A stretch of DNA of 64,000 nt from the IMG/VR virus record IMGVR_UViG_3300028797_000117, one strand, 5' to 3'. Each line of letters begins with the position of its first letter. Positions within the stretch are counted from its first letter, which is position 1. The stretch is from an uncultured virus (IMG/VR IMGVR_UViG_3300028797_000117) (Duplodnaviria; Heunggongvirae; Uroviricota; Caudoviricetes). Positions 60,155 to 64,000 of the stretch are shown here, piece after piece. Position numbers and translations under genes: made by a program. The notes beneath the pieces are model-generated. The model was not told the DNA's origin. It ran no database searches and saw only the letters and a program-made list of their open reading frames with translations.

Positions 60155-60244
60155 GGTATCCCTCGGTTGGAATTGCACCAACATTTGCGGCAACGCCCTT
60201 AAGCCATGGCGGCTTCGCATGTCCTACTGTTGAACGACAGGGAT
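60155..60244 (-). ncRNA. tRNA-like RNA with an expanded anticodon arm
   Basis: ATCCCTG acceptor, GTTC/GGAC D-stem and GTTGG-TGCAATT-CCAAC T-arm; a 26-nt insert between TGCG and CGCA. Confidence 0.55.
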
Positions 60245-60249
60245 ATAAG

Positions 60250-60830
60250 AAAAATGAGTTTTTGAAGAACTCTAACTTATTAAAATCAACTTACATACCT
60301 CAACTTAGCTTGCCCTCGTTACCTTGTATATACCATAATAGGGGAAGATTCCAGATACTTCCAACCAGCAATCCAATTCTAGCAATTTACCAAAAACGAT
60401 TCGCTTTCTCCCTGTGGATTTTTATTGCTGGAGCCAGAGCCTCGACTGTTTCAACCACTAATCGCCGCACATTCTCACAGCCATAGATCTGGATGCGAGT
60501 TTGCTTTGCTAGTCACGCTCTGCTATACTATTCACGGCTAAGTTTTTCTTGGTACCGATATTTCTCTATATGTCCACCGACTTTCTTAGGTTTTTCAACC
60601 TATTCATACCGTGCCTTACACCATTGGTAGTGCTTTCAGCCATAGCGTCAATTTTTTGTTTATATCTTTAGAATTACCCGAGTTCACCACGAGGAGGTAG
60701 ATATAAAACCGAACTCATATGCAGGAATAATTCTAATACAGGGGAATTATTCCAAAAGCCCCATTGAAAGGATTCCTTTTCATTTAATTCTACTTAAAGA
60801 ACAAATGATATATCGTTTGTAAAATTTTTC
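60250..60830 (-). ncRNA. Candidate large (~580 nt) structured ncRNA
   Basis: Downstream of a TTGCAA-17-TATAAT promoter (60903-60931). GC-enriched, no credible CDS, embedded among tRNAs. Confidence 0.5.
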
Positions 60831-61180
60831 AAGACAGGATATTAAAGCACCCATTGCTATTGCTAATTTTTGCTGTTTCTGTCTTTTTTTATTTACATAT
60901 ATATTATATCAAAAATTTTTATTTTTTGCAAATTATGAGATGGCTACTTATTAAATAATTTTATGACTTAGGTCAAGTAGAGTTTCTCCAATGATTACAG
61001 CCCGTTACCAGACTTGCGCTTTCGCATTAAAATCACGACATGGGGTCTCCCTCCATATGACTTGATTGCCACTTAGTTCATACTTTAATTCTAATAAGTA
61101 TCACTCTAGGAGTTTTCCTCAGCAATAATTTGCTATTAAAACTAGAATAGTGTGCCATCAAAGATATATATTCAAATTTA

Positions 61181-61267
61181 TGGTGGGTGCCGAGGGGATC
61201 GAACCCACTAGAGTCTAAAGACACCCGATTTACAGTCGGGCCCGCCTCCTTAACGGATTATGCACCC
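61181..61267 (-). tRNA. tRNA-Tyr(GTA)
   Basis: CCCGA-CTGTAAA-TCGGG, long variable arm, encoded CCA. Confidence 0.9.
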
Positions 61268-61285
61268 ATAAAATATCTAATAAAA

Positions 61286-61361
61286 TGGTGGCTCCGGAGA
61301 GGCTCGAACTCTCGACCCTTTGATTAAAAGTCAAATGCTCTACCTGCTGAGCTACGGAACC
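61286..61361 (-). tRNA. tRNA-Lys(TTT)
   Basis: TTTGA-CTTTTAA-TCAAA cloverleaf, CCA. Confidence 0.95.
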
Positions 61362-61362
61362 A

Positions 61363-61801
61363 TGGTGGACCTGACGGGACTCGAACCCGTGTCCTAAAAC
61401 AATACTATACCAGAAATCTCACTCTTGCGTTACAAGTTTTACCATACATATATATGGGTCAAAGTGACGATTCGATCCTTACCTCATTATGTTCACTTGC
61501 GTTCAGAGAAGGCTCCTATATTAATGTTAGTTCACAATAGCTAATCATATAAGAGAAGAATTAACTACACGGCAACCCTTGCTAGTTAATACGACTATAC
61601 TTTTTCTGGTCGCTTCCCGATACTTATATAGAAGTTGCTTAGCACTACGCGAATGCTACACAATTAAATGTGAATAAAGATTTAACCTTATTAGCAATTT
61701 TTGAAAAAATATTTCCGTTTATTTTGTTTATTGCCTTTTAAGTAACTGCCTACTACTTGTATTCTGATACTATACCATTCTAGTCGAAACCAAACAAGCC
61801 C
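61363..61801 (-). ncRNA. ssrA: tmRNA
   Basis: 5' GGGCTTG..GGTTTCGAC pairs with 3' CAGGTCC-ACCA (G3:U70); T-arm ACGGG-TTCGAGT-CCCGT; tag frame 61716-61645 GNIFSKIANKVKSLFTFNCVAFA*. Confidence 0.9.
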
Positions 61802-61809
61802 ATAATTAA

Positions 61810-61886
61810 TGGCGGTGCGTACGGGACTTGAACCCGTAACCTCCTGCGTGACAGGCAGGTGCTCTAACCAATTGCGCTAACGCACC
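61810..61886 (-). tRNA. tRNA-Asp(GTC)
   Basis: CCTGC-CTGTCAC-GCAGG, ends GCCA. Confidence 0.95.
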
Positions 61887-61889
61887 AAA

Positions 61890-61966
61890 TGGTCGGGGAG
61901 ACAGGATTTGAACCTGCAACCTCTTGGTCCCAAACCAAGCCATCTACCAAATTGATTTACTCCCCG
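61890..61966 (-). tRNA. tRNA-Pro(TGG)
   Basis: CTTGG-TTTGGGA-CCAAG, CCA. Confidence 0.93.
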
Positions 61967-61967
61967 A

Positions 61968-62043
61968 TGGCGCTCAATGTAGGACTCGGACCTACGACCC
62001 ACTGGTTAACAGCCAGTTGCTCTACCGACTGAGCTAATTGAGC
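61968..62043 (-). tRNA. tRNA-Asn(GTT)
   Basis: ACTGG-CTGTTAA-CCAGT; variant T-loop TCCGAGT. Confidence 0.9.
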
Positions 62044-62046
62044 ATA

Positions 62047-62122
62047 TGGTGACGGGTACGGGATTTGAACCCGTAAATGCACGCGTGAAAGGCGTGTGTG
62101 TTAACCGTTTCACCAACCCGCC
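62047..62122 (-). tRNA. tRNA-Glu(TTC)
   Basis: CACGC-CTTTCAC-GCGTG, CCA. Confidence 0.93.
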
Positions 62123-62141
62123 ATATTTAATTTACATATAT

Positions 62142-62170
62142 ATTATATAATTAATTATTTAAAAAATCAA
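62142..62170 (-). promoter_or_regulatory. TTGATT-17-TATAAT promoter driving Glu-Asn-Pro-Asp-tmRNA-Lys-Tyr
   Basis: Exact 17-nt spacing followed by ATATATGTAA; the same class recurs across 49.6-63.3 kb. Confidence 0.75.
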
Positions 62171-62181
62171 TTATAATCTAA

Positions 62182-62256
62182 TGGTGTCCCTACTAGGAAT
62201 CGAACCTAGATCGCAGACTTAGAAGGTCCGTGTTCTATCCATTGAACTACAGGGAC
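62182..62256 (-). tRNA. tRNA-Arg(TCT)
   Basis: CGGAC-CTTCTAA-GTCTG, CCA. Confidence 0.93.
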
Positions 62257-62259
62257 ATT

Positions 62260-62343
62260 TGGTGCGGGATGTAGGACTTGAACCTACACGGATTGCTCCA
62301 CCAGTTTCTAAGACTGGTGCGTCTACCATTCCGCCAATCCCGC
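62260..62343 (-). tRNA. tRNA-Leu(TAG)
   Basis: CCAGT-CTTAGAA-ACTGG, long variable arm. Confidence 0.93.
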
Positions 62344-62346
62344 TTA

Positions 62347-62438
62347 TGGCGCCCACTGGAGGATTCGAACCCCCGCGCCGCTCATCACGACCTTGCGGTT
62401 TTCAAGACCGCCCCCTTCAGCCGCTTGGGTAAGTGGGC
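62347..62438 (-). tRNA. tRNA-Ser(TGA anticodon)
   Basis: GCGGT-CTTGAAA-ACCGC, long variable arm, G73. Confidence 0.92.
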
Positions 62439-62561
62439 ATAGGATCGGCGCCATTATTTCTATATTAAGGAAAGGAGCCTGAACCAAACCTTTGATACTA
62501 GTATTTAAATATATATCTTCCCAAAACAAGTTGTACGGACTTATTTTGTTATTGTCTTATT

Positions 62562-62650
62562 TGGTGGAGGTGGTGGGAGTCGAACCCACACGGGTTATTA
62601 CACCCGAGGGATTTTAAGTCCCTTGCGTCTGCCTATTCCGCCACACCTCC
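62562..62650 (-). tRNA. tRNA-Leu(TAA)
   Basis: AGGGA-CTTAAAA-TCCCT, long variable arm. Confidence 0.93.
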
Positions 62651-62654
62651 ATAA

Positions 62655-62730
62655 TGGTGGGCTGGGATGGGATCGAACCATCGACACCGGGATTTTCAGT
62701 CCCGTGCTCTGCCAACTGAGCTACCAGCCC
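62655..62730 (-). tRNA. tRNA-Phe(GAA)
   Basis: CGGGA-CTGAAAA-TCCCG, CCA. Confidence 0.95.
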
Positions 62731-62734
62731 ATAT

Positions 62735-62824
62735 CAAGGCGCATTATATTAAGGAATCGAACCTTATCTTTCTGTATTTGAAGCACAAAAATTTAACCAT
62801 TTATTTATTTGCTGTGTACGCCTT
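62735..62824 (-). ncRNA. tRNA-mimic RNA with a TCA anticodon loop and ACAGCAA bulge (Y-RNA-like)
   Basis: Outer stem AAGGCGTA/TGCGCCTT; D-like AAAT-AAATGGTTAA-ATTT; TTGTG-CTTCAAA-TACAG; TAAGG-TTCGATT-CCTTA; no canonical acceptor or CCA. Confidence 0.6.
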
Positions 62825-63004
62825 TATTTCTTTCTTTGCTAATCTATCTTTGCTTCTATTTTTATAAGTTCTATTTAGAAAACAATAGGGACAAGTACCA
62901 TGATTTCTACAAGTTTTATCAACTGCTTTACAATATGGTTGCCCCTTAGTCCCGTATTCAACTCTATGTTCTTTGCTTGAAGCAATAGCTTTATGTAGAG
63001 CCAT
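62801..63004 (-). CDS. Small basic Cys/His protein (CRNHGTCPYC)
   Basis: AGGAGG RBS; MALHKAI...KEHR...CRNHGTCPYC..NR putative Zn site. Confidence 0.7.
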   Translation of the reverse strand: MALHKAIASSKEHRVEYGTKGQPYCKAVDKTCRNHGTCPYCFLNRTYKNRSKDRLAKKEIKAYTANK

Positions 63005-63018
63005 AAGCTCACCTCCTA

Positions 63019-63279
63019 TTATGAGGCTGCAGCTACTCTTTTCTCTACTTCTAATAATTTAGCTCTATGTCTACGACCACTACCTGCAGGATGTGCAGCA
63101 ACAAAAGCAGCTGCTGCTTCTTTTAATTCTTTTCCTCTAGGAGTTAAATATTTAGTAGCCATAGGATTTCTTTTTAATTTCTTATTAGTTTTACCTTTTT
63201 TATCTAAATTGTGTTGAGTAATGCTATATTGAGCTTCACCACTACCTGATTTTCCTTTTCTTCTTGCCATAACATTCAA
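63019..63279 (-). CDS. Small basic protein (likely start MARRKGK)
   Basis: Promoter at 63304-63332; shares NL.KKGKTNKKL..NP.A.KY with 42756-42914. Confidence 0.7.
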   Translation of the reverse strand: MNVMARRKGKSGSGEAQYSITQHNLDKKGKTNKKLKRNPMATKYLTPRGKELKEAAAAFVAAHPAGSGRRHRAKLLEVEKRVAAAS

Positions 63280-63411
63280 CCTTCCTTTCTTGTTTACATA
63301 TATATTATATTATAATTTATTATAAAAATCAATAAAAATATGCGGCCGCCGATTATAAGAATCTTTGACCGCATTCAATATATATAAAACAGCTGCTGCT
63401 GTGTTATTGTC

Positions 63412-63507
63412 TGGCAGGGGTTGCAGGATTCGAACCCACACCCCGGGTTTTGGAGACCCGTCTCTATGGTTTTGAAGACCACTGTGCTACCGTTACACTA
63501 AACCCCT
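63412..63507 (-). tRNA. tRNA-Trp with two tandem anticodon arms (TCA then CCA)
   Basis: AGGGGTT-TA-GTGT AACGGTA GCAC-A-[GTGGT CTTCAAA ACCAT]-AGAGA-[CGGGT CTCCAAA ACCCG]-GGGT-GTGGG TTCGAAT CCTGC-AACCCCT-G-CCA. Confidence 0.85.
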
Positions 63508-63892
63508 ATTCAAACAAGTCAGTTTTATCGCTAAGCAAATATAAATCCCAATCCTTAAAAGCCATAAAATTACCATCTTCAGCAATCCACTCTTTGAATG
63601 TCATATAATCATTAAGTTCTATATAATCTCTAAAATCTATTTTAATATTATATTCTTTAATAAGATATTCATAATCCCTTTTAAAATAATCTAATAAAGA
63701 TTCTCCTTCTTCTGCGGGTTTTACAAAGAAACCTTTTTTCTCAGAAAGCTTATCCATTAAGTCAAAGAAAAATTCTTTCCAATTAGCATTTAATTCATAT
63801 AAATATTTTAAACTTAAATCATACTTATTAATAAGTAAAACACCTTTTTGTAATTCTTCATATTGATAATCATTTAATTTTTGAGATTTCAT
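63506..63892 (-). CDS. Hypothetical 128-aa protein between the two tRNA-Trp genes
   Basis: AAAGGAG RBS; starts MKSQKLNDYQ; its TAG overlaps the first 2 nt of the dual-arm tRNA. Confidence 0.65.
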   Translation of the reverse strand: MKSQKLNDYQYEELQKGVLLINKYDLSLKYLYELNANWKEFFFDLMDKLSEKKGFFVKPAEEGESLLDYFKRDYEYLIKEYNIKIDFRDYIELNDYMTFKEWIAEDGNFMAFKDWDLYLLSDKTDLFE

Positions 63893-63916
63893 TTTAACCG
63901 CTCCTTTTATTTTATT

Positions 63917-63991
63917 TGGCAGGGACACTAGGACTCGAACCCAGATAACTGGTTTTGGAGACCAGGGTCTTAGCCTTTAGACGATGTCCCT
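63917..63991 (-). tRNA. tRNA-Trp(CCA)
   Basis: AGGGACA...CTGGT-CTCCAAA-ACCAG...TGTCCCT-GCCA. Confidence 0.93.
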
Positions 63992-64000
63992 ATTTAAAAA

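Noticed and set aside
62347..62438. tRNA with 'TGA' as a UGA suppressor or selenocysteine tRNA
   Set aside because: The anticodon itself is TGA (reads TCA, Ser), in an ordinary tRNA-Ser body.
62344..62867. ORFs 62344-62529 and 62667-62867
   Set aside because: They overlap well-formed tRNA genes and have no RBS.
63412..63507. tRNA-Sec interpretation (UCA anticodon plus long extra arm)
   Set aside because: It has a 7-bp acceptor, a 4-bp D-stem and Trp identity elements; the extra arm is a copy of a Trp anticodon arm; no sel genes are in the window.

Overview
A 64 kb segment of a large, AT-rich tailed phage, probably siphovirus-like, with a likely walled Bacillota/Bacilli host (inference). Many short ORFs in the supplied track are fragments of long genes interrupted by in-frame TGA. 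Reading TGA as Trp (genetic code 4) restores them exactly in frame: a 2749-aa tape measure, 1949-aa and 924-aa tail proteins, a 584-aa terminase large subunit and others. Layout: 1-40.6 kb is the late/structural module on the minus strand. 41.3-47.4 kb is a plus-strand array of small early genes, almost each with its own sigma-A-like promoter. 48-58 kb holds a replication initiator with iterons, a sigma factor, an SSB, an RNA ligase and a phosphoesterase. 58.3-64 kb is an RNA-gene island with 12 conventional tRNAs, a tmRNA, tRNA-like RNAs and at least two ~600-nt candidate structured ncRNAs. The standout is a tRNA-Trp gene (63412-63507, minus) carrying two complete tandem anticodon arms, one UCA (reads UGA) and one CCA (reads UGG). 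It is a candidate switchable or processable suppressor for this phage's stop-codon recoding, which is restricted to a subset of genes. All calls are by eye; no database search was run.
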